The position numbers and the translations under genes were made by a program. A stretch of DNA of 32,000 nt. It comes from Erysipelothrix larvae. Lineage in GTDB: Bacteria > Bacillota_I > Bacilli_A > Erysipelotrichales > Erysipelotrichaceae. The notes under the pieces were generated by a model that was not told the DNA's origin, did not search any database, and worked only from the letters and a program-made list of their open reading frames with translations. The DNA lies in contig NZ_CP013213.1 of assembly GCF_001545095.1 (NCBI RefSeq), positions 780,001 through 812,000 on the forward strand, read 5' to 3'. Of the stretch, positions 1 through 8,807 are shown piece after piece; positions within the stretch are counted from its first letter, which is position 1, and the number at the start of each line of letters is the position of its first letter.

Positions 1-275
1 ATGCCAGTGAATAAAGACATTTCAAGAGAAAAGAGCATCCCTGTTGTAGGTTGAACATCCGGTGCTAACCCAAGTAGTAATATCATTGCGGGACTATTTA
101 GTGTTTCATAAAGAATTTGTTTTTCTACTTCAGACATTTCCATACTACTATAGTAAAAAGCGATGCCTGAAACAGAAATAATGAAGCCAAGTAACCAAAT
201 TAGGATTGAATTTCGATCTTTTTTTAAGTAAAAACGAAGAAGTTTCAGACTTTGATGCAGGTTATTAGTAAGCAT
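1..275 (-). CDS. ABC-2-type transporter permease, N-terminal fragment (gene runs off the left window edge)
   Basis: Minus-strand ATG at 273-275 overlaps the TAA of the upstream ATPase by 1 nt (TAATG). My translation MLTNNLHQSLKLLRFYLKKDRNSILIWLLGFIISVSGIAFYYSS... has a basic N-terminus followed by a hydrophobic helix and stays open to position 1. Its position directly after an ABC ATPase fits a permease partner. Confidence 0.6.
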   Translation of the reverse strand, partial: MLTNNLHQSLKLLRFYLKKDRNSILIWLLGFIISVSGIAFYYSSMEMSEVEKQILYETLNSPAMILLLGLAPDVQPTTGMLFSLEMSLFTG

Positions 276-1168
276 TATTTTGTACCTTCGCTCTGATCGT
301 AGTGTTTCATGAATAAATCTTCAAGTGAAGGGAGTTGATTATCAATATATGTAATACCATAGGGTGCAAGTTCTTCTATGAGTACACTAATTTGATGGGG
401 GTCAATTGAAAATGAGAAGTCAGTAGGTGTTCCCTTAACATCACTTAAATAGCTTAAGTCAAATAGAGTCTTGAAGGGTACACTTGTCTTAATGTTCATT
501 TGAACACGAGCTAAGTGTCGAAGTTCACTTAATGACCCAATATCAACTATTCTACCTTCTCGTATAATTGCGACGCGATCACATAACTTTTCAACTTCGG
601 ATAAGATATGACTTGAGAGGATTACGGATTTTCCTTGTTGTTTAAGCGATAGAACTTCGTTTTCAAAGACCTGAGCCATTAAAGGATCCAAGCCGGAAGT
701 CGGTTCATCGAAGATGTACAAGTCTGCATTTGAGGCAAGTGCTGCGACAATGGCAACTTTTTGCCGGTTTCCTTTGGAATAGGTTCGCGTTTTCTTTGTA
801 GGATCCAATTCAAACCTGAGAATTAAATCATCCCTTTTACTGAAATCTGAGCTTCCTTGTAATGACATCAATAAATCAATGACTTCTCCACCCGTAAGGT
901 TAGGCCATAAATTCACATCACCTGGAACATATGCAACATGTTTGTGTATTTCAAGAGAATCATCCCAAACATCTTTATCAAAGATTCGAGCACTTCCTTC
1001 ATTTGCTTTTAGAATTCCTAATAGAATACGGATTGTTGTAGATTTACCCGCACCATTTGGTCCAATAAACCCAAGCACTTCACCCTTTTCTACATTAAAA
1101 CTCACATCATGCAATGCCGTGAAATCACCGTACTTTTTATTTAAACTTTTGATTTGAACTAAAGCCAT
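275..1168 (-). CDS. ABC transporter ATP-binding protein (ABC-2/daunorubicin-resistance-like subfamily, with C-terminal extension)
   Basis: 297-aa ORF with Walker A GPNGAGKST, a signature-like YSKGNRQKVAIVAAL, and Walker B LYIFDEPTSGLD followed by an H-loop SSH. An SD-like GGAGGTG lies upstream of the ATG at 1168. Confidence 0.9.
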   Translation of the reverse strand: MALVQIKSLNKKYGDFTALHDVSFNVEKGEVLGFIGPNGAGKSTTIRILLGILKANEGSARIFDKDVWDDSLEIHKHVAYVPGDVNLWPNLTGGEVIDLLMSLQGSSDFSKRDDLILRFELDPTKKTRTYSKGNRQKVAIVAALASNADLYIFDEPTSGLDPLMAQVFENEVLSLKQQGKSVILSSHILSEVEKLCDRVAIIREGRIVDIGSLSELRHLARVQMNIKTSVPFKTLFDLSYLSDVKGTPTDFSFSIDPHQISVLIEELAPYGITYIDNQLPSLEDLFMKHYDQSEGTK

Positions 1169-1345
1169 ACAAGCACCTCCATATAAATATGACAGAATAA
1201 TTATAGAGTTTTTTTATGCCTATTACAATCTAATTAAATAAAATAGAATATAAAGAAAAAGCAAATAATTGAGCAAAAAGATTAAAAATAAAATCAGTAA
1301 ATTATAGTTTATTAAATTTGGTAATATTGTTTTTGCCAATATACT

Positions 1346-1385
1346 TAAAAACCAACCTAGGTACTATAAAATCGGTTGGTTTTTG
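1346..1385. terminator. Bidirectional rho-independent terminator downstream of the SNF2 helicase gene
   Basis: AAAAACCAACC (1347-1357) pairs with GGTTGGTTTTT (1374-1384), with A/T runs on both sides. It lies 20 nt past the helicase stop (1407, minus strand). Confidence 0.6.
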
Positions 1386-1406
1386 ATGAGATATTTTGGG
1401 TCTTTT

Positions 1407-4400
1407 CTAAATAGGTATCTGGTCCGATGCGAATAAGGAGAGGATTTCTGATTTTGTCATTGTAACCACTGAACCATCCGAATCTTCCACAAAGGTATCC
1501 GAGAGTTGTTTCTTACGCGATTGAAGCAACTGAATTTTTTCTTCAATGCTATCTTTCATAATAAATCGATAAACAAGGACATTCTTTGTTTGTCCAAAAC
1601 GATACGCACGATCTGTTGCTTGATTTTGTGCTGAGATATTCCACCATGGGTCAAAATGAATGACCACTTCTGCGTTGGTTAGGTTAATCCCAGTACCGCC
1701 AGCGCGTAAGGAAATCAAGAAAACATCCACTTCTCCATTTTGGAAGGATTGCACCCTTGTTTGACGGTCTACTTTATTCACACGACCATCCAAGGTATGG
1801 TAACTAATATGGTGATGATTTAATGCTTCCGCAATAAAATCAAGCACGGACGTGAAACTTGAAAAGAGTAAAACTTGTTTTCCATCTTCTTTTAAATCTT
1901 GAATAAAGGAAACAACCGCTTCAAGTTTACTGGAACGATGCGTGATGTTTTCGTATATGGTTCGTGGTTCACAACAAATCCGTCTTAACCGTGTTAACAG
2001 TGCTAACACTTCTATATCACTGGTTTTCTCAACCTTACCCAATATTTGAAGTTCTTCATTAACCTGTGCCAAGTTCGCATAGTACAATTTACGCTCTTCA
2101 TCACTAAACTCAATGAGCATATCAATCTCTGTTTTATCCGGTAGATCCGACAATACTTCTGTTTTAAGACGCCGAAGGATAAACGGTTTGACCATTTGCT
2201 TGAGTTGAACACTGACTTCTTTGTTTTGTTCTCTGACAATTGGTGATTCGAAGTGATCCTTGAAATATTTATACTTGTAAAGGTATTCAGGCATGAGAAA
2301 ATCAAAGATTGACCATAGCTCAGCAAGGCTGTTTTCAATAGGGGTACCTGTGAGTGCAAATCGCTGTTTTGCATTCAACAGTTTGACACACTTAGAATTT
2401 TTTGAATTTGCATTTTTAATGTATTGTGCTTCGTCCAATACGACGGTTTGAAACTCAAGTTCTTTTAAGCGTTCAATATCACGTTTTAAGTAATCATAGG
2501 ATGTCACAACAACATCATAATCTCCAATCGAATCAATCAACACATCACGTTGTTTCTTAGAACCATGAATGATACAAGGTTTTAGATGTGGCGAAAACTT
2601 CAAAATTTCCTGTTCCCAATTCAGTAATACTGAAGAAGGGCAAATTACAAAATGTGGTTTATCACCGGTATTACTAGCGAAATAGCAGATCATTTGAAGG
2701 GTTTTTCCTAAGCCCATATCATCTGCGAGAATCCCACCAAATCCATAATGTTCCAACATCTTTAGCCAACGATAGCCTTCGACTTGGTATGGACGTAAAC
2801 TTGCGTTAATGGTATCTGGGACATTGAATTGCGTCTGATTCACAATTTGAAGTGCATCCAAATGTTTTTTGAAAGGTGTTGAGGTCTCAATACCATACTG
2901 CGATGCAAGTGCATCAAGCATAAACACACGATACGGATTGACATGAACATTCCCTTCTTCTAAATCATTGGCAGAATTCCCAGTCTTTTCTAATAGTTCT
3001 TGTGCATCGTGTAAGTCTTCATCCAACAAGGCAACCAGCTCACCATTTTTAAGGCGATAAAACTTCTTCTTACGCTTATAGGCGTTAAGAACATCTTTAA
3101 TTTCATCTTTAGGAATTATGTCGTGCTCTAAATCAATACCCAACAAATCGTTTGAAAAAGTAATCCCCAAACGGATTGGATTTGCTTTACGAAGGCTCAA
3201 GCGTTTTAAGCTTTCAGACACATATACATTTGAAAACTGCTTGAGTTGTTCAAGGCCATCTTGAAGAAATCCATTGGTCTTCTTTTTTTCAAGATCAAAG
3301 GATGTGATTTTCTTTGTTGAATCAAGGATTCCATCATATTCATTAAAGATATCAAGAACGTATTCAAAGGCAACACTGGATGATTTCTTAGAAGTGAACG
3401 TTTCATTAAGCAATGTGTCATTATGATAGGCTTTCACATTAAAAACTGCGACCCCTTCTTCATTGATATCCCCAAATATATCAATGCGATTATCCAATTC
3501 AACCCGTTGAATCACCCCTGAGGTATTCACCTTAAAGTACTGACTTACATTGTTTAATATATATCGGTCAAAATCAGAGAAGTCCTCTTTTCTGAAAACC
3601 AGTGGATTGGAAGCAAGTCTAGAATAGAGCACGCCAACATTTGGGTTATTGTGGGTGTCCATGCGTATGCAGCGGTACTTAGTATCATCCCCATGTACCA
3701 TCGCGTATAGATTTTTTTGTCCGACCATAAAATATGACTCATTCGCAAGTTCAACTTGAATATACTCACCATCTACACTTAATTGAAGTTGAAGGGGATT
3801 ATCGAATAAATCAACCGTTTCAAACGCCAATCCATCCAGAGCATTCATGTCACACAATGTATCAAAGAATAAATCAATGGTTTTCGCATTGATTTCAATT
3901 TCATTTACTCTTCTTGAGTGCTCATCATTTGTGAGGGTACAGACCTGCATCAAGTTCAAGATTTTAAGTGAATCTACATCAAAGGCTGACTCATGATGAG
4001 AAGTTGAGAAATCTTTACCATATTTATGAAATGAGTTTGACGCGACATCCTTAATAAATTCTGAGATATTCTTGATGAAATACATGCGATTTTCACCAAT
4101 CTTGATTCGAAGATAAATTGCATCAGCGTAGACTTGTTCGACAATAGGTTCAAGTTTAATGGACTTGGCTTCAACACGACGTATATCTTTGAGCACATTT
4201 TTTTGTTGGTTTAGAAAAACGTCCGAAGCATTCACCATGCTTTGCATGCGCAGTTGTTTTATGTGTGCTTCAAACATCTCACGACGATTGCTTTCCCAAT
4301 GAAACGGGAAGGTGTGTGGGTTTGCTGCATTAACAAGGCGCATGACAGCACCTACATGAGCACACGCACTATCTGAGGTGCAATAATAACAGTCACAATC

Positions 4401-4610
4401 ATAATAAGTGACTTTACCAAAATTATTCCACTGCAACTCAACTTCATAGGGATATCCGTGATAATCAATTGCGGCATTCAGTGAGTAACTGTTACGAATT
4501 GGATTGTGATCGATATGAAAAGAATCTACTGTGTTCATATACTGTCCAATTTTTATATAATTCCTACTTTTTGATACTACATGTTTTATTTCTTGTTCTT
4601 TAAACACCAT
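1407..4610 (-). CDS. SNF2-family helicase/ATPase with N-terminal SWIM zinc finger (YwqA/RapA-like)
   Basis: 1067-aa ORF. SWIM CxCxnCxH motif CDCYYCTSDSACAH near the N-terminus. SNF2 motifs ILADDMGLGKT (I), LDEAQYIKN (II, DEAQ), LTGTPIEN (III), SLRAGGTGINLT (V) and DPWWNISAQNQATDRAYRFGQ (VI). Confidence 0.92.
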   Translation of the reverse strand: MVFKEQEIKHVVSKSRNYIKIGQYMNTVDSFHIDHNPIRNSYSLNAAIDYHGYPYEVELQWNNFGKVTYYDCDCYYCTSDSACAHVGAVMRLVNAANPHTFPFHWESNRREMFEAHIKQLRMQSMVNASDVFLNQQKNVLKDIRRVEAKSIKLEPIVEQVYADAIYLRIKIGENRMYFIKNISEFIKDVASNSFHKYGKDFSTSHHESAFDVDSLKILNLMQVCTLTNDEHSRRVNEIEINAKTIDLFFDTLCDMNALDGLAFETVDLFDNPLQLQLSVDGEYIQVELANESYFMVGQKNLYAMVHGDDTKYRCIRMDTHNNPNVGVLYSRLASNPLVFRKEDFSDFDRYILNNVSQYFKVNTSGVIQRVELDNRIDIFGDINEEGVAVFNVKAYHNDTLLNETFTSKKSSSVAFEYVLDIFNEYDGILDSTKKITSFDLEKKKTNGFLQDGLEQLKQFSNVYVSESLKRLSLRKANPIRLGITFSNDLLGIDLEHDIIPKDEIKDVLNAYKRKKKFYRLKNGELVALLDEDLHDAQELLEKTGNSANDLEEGNVHVNPYRVFMLDALASQYGIETSTPFKKHLDALQIVNQTQFNVPDTINASLRPYQVEGYRWLKMLEHYGFGGILADDMGLGKTLQMICYFASNTGDKPHFVICPSSVLLNWEQEILKFSPHLKPCIIHGSKKQRDVLIDSIGDYDVVVTSYDYLKRDIERLKELEFQTVVLDEAQYIKNANSKNSKCVKLLNAKQRFALTGTPIENSLAELWSIFDFLMPEYLYKYKYFKDHFESPIVREQNKEVSVQLKQMVKPFILRRLKTEVLSDLPDKTEIDMLIEFSDEERKLYYANLAQVNEELQILGKVEKTSDIEVLALLTRLRRICCEPRTIYENITHRSSKLEAVVSFIQDLKEDGKQVLLFSSFTSVLDFIAEALNHHHISYHTLDGRVNKVDRQTRVQSFQNGEVDVFLISLRAGGTGINLTNAEVVIHFDPWWNISAQNQATDRAYRFGQTKNVLVYRFIMKDSIEEKIQLLQSRKKQLSDTFVEDSDGSVVTMTKSEILSLFASDQIPI

Positions 4611-4825
4611 AAATTACTCCTTCGCTCCCCTTATTATACCGTTTTTTAATGTACTCGTCCCATTAAAATAAAAATAAGGAAAAGCAGCCAATCCGGGAAG
4701 GTATAAAACAAACAATGAAATTGAAGTAAACGGTGAGTGAACGTGTGAATTAGGGACGTAATTCTTCCTATGAAGTTCATCATGAAATCAAGCGAGGGTT
4801 AATTTTCGCTTTCAAGTGATTTTAC

Positions 4826-4854
4826 TTGACATCTAGACGTAAACAGCATAGAAT
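4826..4854 (+). promoter_or_regulatory. Sigma-A-type promoter of the rplM-rpsI operon
   Basis: TTGACA (4826-4831), a 17-nt spacer, then TAGAAT (4849-4854), about 60 nt upstream of the rplM ATG. Confidence 0.6.
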
Positions 4855-4860
4855 TATAGA

Positions 4861-4916
4861 CGGCACTTTATGCCAATTGTAGCCCCGGAAACTACATTGG
4901 TTTAGGAGGAAAAGAT
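4861..4916 (+). promoter_or_regulatory. Structured 5' leader of rplM (candidate L13 ribosomal-protein autoregulatory leader)
   Basis: Two hairpins lie between the predicted start site and the SD: GGCA-CTTTA-TGCC and CCAATTGTAG-CCCCGGAAA-CTACATTGG. The second ends directly at the TTTAGGAGG SD. Firmicute rplM genes are known to carry an L13 leader. Homology was not tested. Confidence 0.45.
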
Positions 4917-5354
4917 ATGCGTCAAACAACTATGACGAAGCCAAGCGAGGTAGTGCGCGAGTGGTATGTTGTCGATGGAACTGACAAGACTTTAGGACGT
5001 CTTGCTACTGAAGTTGCAACTGTACTACGCGGTAAGCACAAACCTACATTTACACCAAACGTTGATGCTGGTGATTATGTAATCGTAATTAACGCTGATA
5101 AGATCAAAGTAACAGGTGATCAAGAATTCAAAAAATTCTATTACAACTACTCTGGTTATGCAGGTGGTGTACGTAAGCGTTCAACACGTGTTATGCGTGA
5201 AAGCTACACTGTTGAATGGGTTGAACGTGCAATCCACGGTATGATCCCACACACAAAATTGGGTGACAAACAACGTAAGCACTTATTTGTATACACAGGC
5301 GCTGAGCATCCACATGCTGCGCAACAACCAAAAGAATTGGTTGTTAAAGGTTAG
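4917..5354 (+). CDS. rplM: 50S ribosomal protein L13
   Basis: 145-aa ORF starting [47 protein letters not shown]..., the canonical L13 N-terminus. Strong SD AGGAGG. Followed by rpsI as in the conserved operon. Confidence 0.97.
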   Translation: MRQTTMTKPSEVVREWYVVDGTDKTLGRLATEVATVLRGKHKPTFTPNVDAGDYVIVINADKIKVTGDQEFKKFYYNYSGYAGGVRKRSTRVMRESYTVEWVERAIHGMIPHTKLGDKQRKHLFVYTGAEHPHAAQQPKELVVKG

Positions 5355-5362
5355 GAGGAACT

Positions 5363-5767
5363 ATGGCAAGCAAGAAAAAAACTTTATCGTACTACGGTAC
5401 AGGACGTCGTAAGACATCTGTTGCTCGTGTTTACTTAACTCCTGGCTCAGGTGTAATCACAATCAATCACAAACCGATTGATGAGCATCTTCCAAATGAA
5501 TTGTTACGTATGGATGTACGTTCACCATTTGAAGTAACCTCAACAGCAGATCAATTTGATGTAAATGTAAATGTCTATGGTGGTGGATTAACTGGCCAAG
5601 CTGGTGCAATCCGTCACGGTATTTCTCGTGCATTACTTGAAGTATCAGTAGACTATCGCCCAGCTTTAAAAGCTGCAGGCTTCTTGACACGTGATCCACG
5701 TGCGAAAGAACGTAAAAAATACGGACTTCGTGGTGCGCGTCGTGCTCCACAATACTCAAAACGTTAA
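5363..5767 (+). CDS. rpsI: 30S ribosomal protein S9
   Basis: 134-aa ORF with [12 protein letters not shown] near the N-terminus and the universal S9 C-terminus [16 protein letters not shown] 8 nt upstream. Confidence 0.97.
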   Translation: MASKKKTLSYYGTGRRKTSVARVYLTPGSGVITINHKPIDEHLPNELLRMDVRSPFEVTSTADQFDVNVNVYGGGLTGQAGAIRHGISRALLEVSVDYRPALKAAGFLTRDPRAKERKKYGLRGARRAPQYSKR

Positions 5768-5830
5768 TTTTTTATTACATGTTTTGTACTCAAAACCCAC
5801 TATTCAGTGGGTTTTTTGATGTTTGAGATA
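5756..5830 (+). repeat. attL: left copy of the island-bounding direct repeat (last rpsI codons, stop and terminator)
   Basis: 5756-5830 aligns with 16936-17009. The first 38 nt are identical (TCAAAACGTTAATTTTTTATTACATGTTTTGTACTCAA). After that there are 4 substitutions within the terminator hairpin and one 1-nt indel. Confidence 0.85.
5792..5817 (+). terminator. Rho-independent terminator of rplM-rpsI (attL copy)
   Basis: AAAACCCAC (5792-5800), loop TATTCA, GTGGGTTTT (5807-5815), continuing into a T run. Confidence 0.85.
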
Positions 5831-5850
5831 GGTTGGGAAAGGTCTATAAA

Positions 5851-5880
5851 GTAGCAAAATGGTAGCAAAAAGGTAGCAAA
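5851..5880 (+). repeat. Three GTAGCAAA direct repeats at exact 11-bp spacing (candidate integrase arm-type binding sites, attL arm)
   Basis: GTAGCAAA at 5851, 5862 and 5873. They lie between attL and the 3' end of the int remnant. Related copies occur at 16880-16897 near attR. Confidence 0.55.
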
Positions 5881-5884
5881 GTTC

Positions 5885-6092
5885 TCATTCGTGAAATAAT
5901 GACACTTCTCTCACAACTGATATTCCATCTTTTTTTGTCTTAGTACAGCCAATAATCTTGTATTTGGGATAAGCTGTACCTTTTTCTTTATTTACTGTAG
6001 TACCAACTTTTATACGAACCATATATAAGGATTGGTACGATTGCCTGGTTGTTTAGCAACACCACCAAATCCTTTAGGTAACACACGTGTCA
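5885..6092 (-). pseudogene. int: Tyrosine integrase remnant: only the N-terminal arm-DNA-binding (AP2-like) domain, frameshifted and truncated
   Basis: The ATG at 6092 overlaps the xis stop (ATGA). Frame 1 reads MTRVLPKGFGGVAKQPGNRTNPYIWFV*. After a shift at the TATATA run (6021-6027) the reading continues VRIKVGTTVNKEKGTAYPKYKIIGCTKTKKDGISVVREVSLFHE* (stop 5885-5887). The pattern LPKGF..GNR.NPY.VRI.VG...GK..YK.IG...TKK is typical of integrase N-terminal arm-binding domains. No core-binding or catalytic domain follows. Confidence 0.6.
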
Positions 6093-6341
6093 TAATTTAT
6101 TTCCTCCTTCTGGTTTATCGTTGAAGTATCCAAGTTCTTCCCAGACAAGTTTATCGGGACAGTAGAAACTGAACACCTGAGAATCATTTTTTTTACAGGC
6201 ATATCCAAATTTTAAGAAACCTTGTTTTAATCCTTCTCTTAAGAATGCTCTGGATCTACTAGTTGCTTTTGCGATCTCTTCAATAGGAACATGTCTTCCT
6301 GTAAAGCTTGGTGTGTTGGCGTACATAATCTTATTTGACAT
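6090..6341 (-). CDS. Excisionase-like small DNA-binding protein (Xis candidate)
   Basis: 83-aa ORF directly upstream of, and translationally coupled to, the int remnant. The central segment VPIEEIAKATSRSRAFLREGLKQGFLKFGYA resembles the HTH of ICE/IME excisionases. SD AAGGAGAG lies upstream of the ATG at 6341. Confidence 0.5.
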   Translation of the reverse strand: MSNKIMYANTPSFTGRHVPIEEIAKATSRSRAFLREGLKQGFLKFGYACKKNDSQVFSFYCPDKLVWEELGYFNDKPEGGNKL

Positions 6342-6416
6342 TTTCTTACTCTCCTTTATAATTTTTGACTGTGTTGAGTTATTTTGTTCTGAATTACTTA
6401 AGAATTATGTATATAA

Positions 6417-6448
6417 AAAGCCAACTGAGTAAAACATCAATTGGCTTT
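6417..6448. terminator. Hairpin/terminator between the IS21 insertion point and xis
   Basis: AAAGCCAA (6417-6424) pairs with TTGGCTTT (6441-6448). T runs follow on both strands (minus-strand RNA reads ...GGCUUUUUAUAU). Confidence 0.5.
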
Positions 6449-6480
6449 ATTTTAAATATTTACAATGAATCTTGAATAGA

Positions 6481-6533
6481 TGTATTTGTTAATCTAAAAG
6501 TGGGCCAATTCTCAATTGAAAACTGGTCCACTA
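6481..6533 (+). repeat. IS21 left terminal inverted repeat (IRL)
   Basis: TGTATTTGTTAATCTAAAAGTGGGCCAATTCTCAATTGAAAACTGGTCCACTA. The inner 23 nt are identical to the reverse complement of IRR. Confidence 0.85.
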
Positions 6534-6593
6534 TTTTTATAACTTCAGAAGTGTGTGATAATGCTTTTGGAGGTGAAAGAGGTGATATCACAA

Positions 6594-8042
6594 ATGAGCA
6601 AATATTCAATTATCACATTAAAAAAGAAAGGATGGTCCAACAGAAAGATTGCCCTTGAATTGGGTATAGACCGAAAGACGGTCGCACGGTATCTTCAGGA
6701 ATATAATAAATGTCAAATACAATTGATTGATAATCATGATTTATCAGACGAAAGAAAAGTAGAAGTCATTGATCAAATTGTTGGGGACCGTCACTATGAT
6801 GCAAGCAAACGAGGTAAGCGCAAGTTAACGCAAGAAATTCAAGCACGCATCATTGAAATTATGGATTCAGAAAAAGATAAAGATATGTTACTAGGAAGAC
6901 ATCATAAGCAAAAGTTAACAGTCACTCAAATTTTTGAAATTATCAAAAGCGAGGGACATGATATTGGTCAGACAACCATACGAAATTTTGTGCATGAAAT
7001 TCAAGCTTCACGAGAAACATTTATTCGACAAGATTATCGATATGGTGAGCGGTTAGAGTTTGACTTTGGAGAAGTAAAGCTTTTAATTAATGGTGAACCA
7101 AGAACATATTATCTCGCTGTTTTCTCATCACCAGCAAGCGGATATCGGTATGCATATTTATATCCAAACCAACGCAAACAAGTATTCATAGATGCACATG
7201 TTCGCTTCTTTGAGCATTCTAAAGGCTCTTGGGGTGAAGTTGTATATGACAATATGAGAAACGTCGTGAAGCGCTTTATAACGCCTTATGAAAAAGAAAT
7301 TAATGATGATTGCCTCAAACTGGCACTCTATTATAATTTTGAAATTAACCTGACTAATATACGAAGTGGTCATGAAAAAGGAAGTGTAGAAAACAGTGTT
7401 AAGGTAATTCGAAATCGTGTATTCGCAAAGGACTATAAGTTTGAAACATTTGAAGAGGCATGTGTTCATCTTGAACAGACTCTTGATGAAATCAATATAA
7501 AGAGTTCAATCGAAGATGAAAAGAAAGAACTTCAACCTTACAGAATTCCTTATGAATTCGCTGATATCGAAGTATATAGTGTTGACAAGTATGGTTGTAT
7601 ACACGTTGAAAATAATTTTTATTCAGTCCCAGACTATCTCCAACACAAAAGAGTTACGGTCAAAAACACCGTAAATTCGATACGCATCTATTCAAATCAC
7701 ACATTTGTGTACGAACATAAAAAGATAGATGGTCATCATCAATATCAGCTTGTGTTGGACCACTATCTGAATACAATGATGACTAAGCCGGGATCTGTAA
7801 AGAATTCACTTGTCCTAAAACAACATCCTGAGCTTTATAACATCTACCATAATCATTATAAAACAAGAACTAAAGAGTTCATAGAAATTCTTCAAGAAAA
7901 CAGGAATGAAACGTATAAAACGCTCAAAGATGCTTTAAAGTATCGGTTGGTTTCAAATACAATTGACACCGTTGAGTATGATGACAGCATACAAGAACAA
8001 TCACGTAAACAACTTAAGAAAATAAGCCAATTAATGCACTAG
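6594..8042 (+). CDS. istA: IS21-family transposase IstA
   Basis: The ORF track gives 6555-8042. The ATG at 6594 is preceded by GGAGGTGAAAGAGGTGA. N-terminal HTH GWSNRKIALELGIDRKTVARYL. About 480 aa, immediately followed by istB, which is the canonical IS21 layout. Confidence 0.88.
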   Translation: MSKYSIITLKKKGWSNRKIALELGIDRKTVARYLQEYNKCQIQLIDNHDLSDERKVEVIDQIVGDRHYDASKRGKRKLTQEIQARIIEIMDSEKDKDMLLGRHHKQKLTVTQIFEIIKSEGHDIGQTTIRNFVHEIQASRETFIRQDYRYGERLEFDFGEVKLLINGEPRTYYLAVFSSPASGYRYAYLYPNQRKQVFIDAHVRFFEHSKGSWGEVVYDNMRNVVKRFITPYEKEINDDCLKLALYYNFEINLTNIRSGHEKGSVENSVKVIRNRVFAKDYKFETFEEACVHLEQTLDEINIKSSIEDEKKELQPYRIPYEFADIEVYSVDKYGCIHVENNFYSVPDYLQHKRVTVKNTVNSIRIYSNHTFVYEHKKIDGHHQYQLVLDHYLNTMMTKPGSVKNSLVLKQHPELYNIYHNHYKTRTKEFIEILQENRNETYKTLKDALKYRLVSNTIDTVEYDDSIQEQSRKQLKKISQLMH

Positions 8043-8053
8043 GAGATAAATTA

Positions 8054-8800
8054 ATGGAAACAATTGAACAATTGTCAAAAGAATTAAAACTTTCATTCAT
8101 AAAAACACACTATGAAGCAGCAATACAGGAAGCGAAACACAAAGGATTGGATTTTCAAGAATTTCTTAACGAACTGCTTTATTGCGAACGAAACAATCGT
8201 CGTGACAACGGAATAAAACAACGCATTCGTGCTGCTCGATTTCCTCAAAACAAGACATTGGAGGATTTTACGACTGTAAAATTTAATTCAGAATTAAAAC
8301 GAAAGTTTAAAGAACTGGAAACATTGAACTTTATAGAAAATAAAGAAAACATTATCTTAATGAGTAATCCTGGAATGGGAAAAACACATTATGCGACCGC
8401 ACTTGGAATCAAAGCTTGTCTAGAAAATAAAAAAGTGCTATTTATCAGCGTTCCTAATCTAATTATAGAGTTAAAAGAAGCTATGTCAAAAAATCAAATT
8501 ACGCAATACAAAAAGAAGTTTGAAAAATTTGATCTAGTAATTCTTGATGAACTCGGCTATGTATCATTTGATAAAGAAGGAAGTGAAATTCTATTCAATC
8601 TAATCTCAAATAGAATAACAGTGGGCTCTATGATTATTACAACAAATTTAATGTTCGATAGATGGGAAGAAATATTCAAAGACCCCATTCTAACAACTGC
8701 TCTAGTCGACCGCTTAACCTATAAATCACATCTATTAAATATGAGTGGAGAGAGTTATCGTGTTGAAGAAACAATTGCTTGGCTAAAGAGCAAAGAATGA
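8054..8800 (+). CDS. istB: IS21-family helper ATPase IstB
   Basis: 248 aa with Walker A NPGMGKTHYA and Walker B LVILDELGY (DnaC/IstB-like AAA+). Starts 12 nt after the istA stop, with SD AGGAG. Confidence 0.9.
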   Translation: METIEQLSKELKLSFIKTHYEAAIQEAKHKGLDFQEFLNELLYCERNNRRDNGIKQRIRAARFPQNKTLEDFTTVKFNSELKRKFKELETLNFIENKENIILMSNPGMGKTHYATALGIKACLENKKVLFISVPNLIIELKEAMSKNQITQYKKKFEKFDLVILDELGYVSFDKEGSEILFNLISNRITVGSMIITTNLMFDRWEEIFKDPILTTALVDRLTYKSHLLNMSGESYRVEETIAWLKSKE

Positions 8801-8807
8801 CAAACGG

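Noticed and set aside
1407-4610. Reading the SNF2 helicase as part of a phage-defence system (DISARM/BREX-like).
   Set aside because: No adjacent methyltransferase, PLD/nuclease, DUF1998 or other partner genes. The gene is monocistronic among core genes, which fits the housekeeping YwqA-like family better.
879-5759. Short ORFs 879-1157(+), 2012-2374(-), 3206-3421(-), 3554-3772(-), 3974-4198(-) and 5463-5759(-).
   Set aside because: All are nested in or antisense to strongly supported genes (ABC ATPase, SNF2 helicase, rpsI). They lack an SD and have low-complexity or odd composition, so they are shadow ORFs.
7158-7469. 103-aa ORF antisense within istA.
   Set aside because: A shadow ORF inside the transposase gene, with no SD and no family resemblance.
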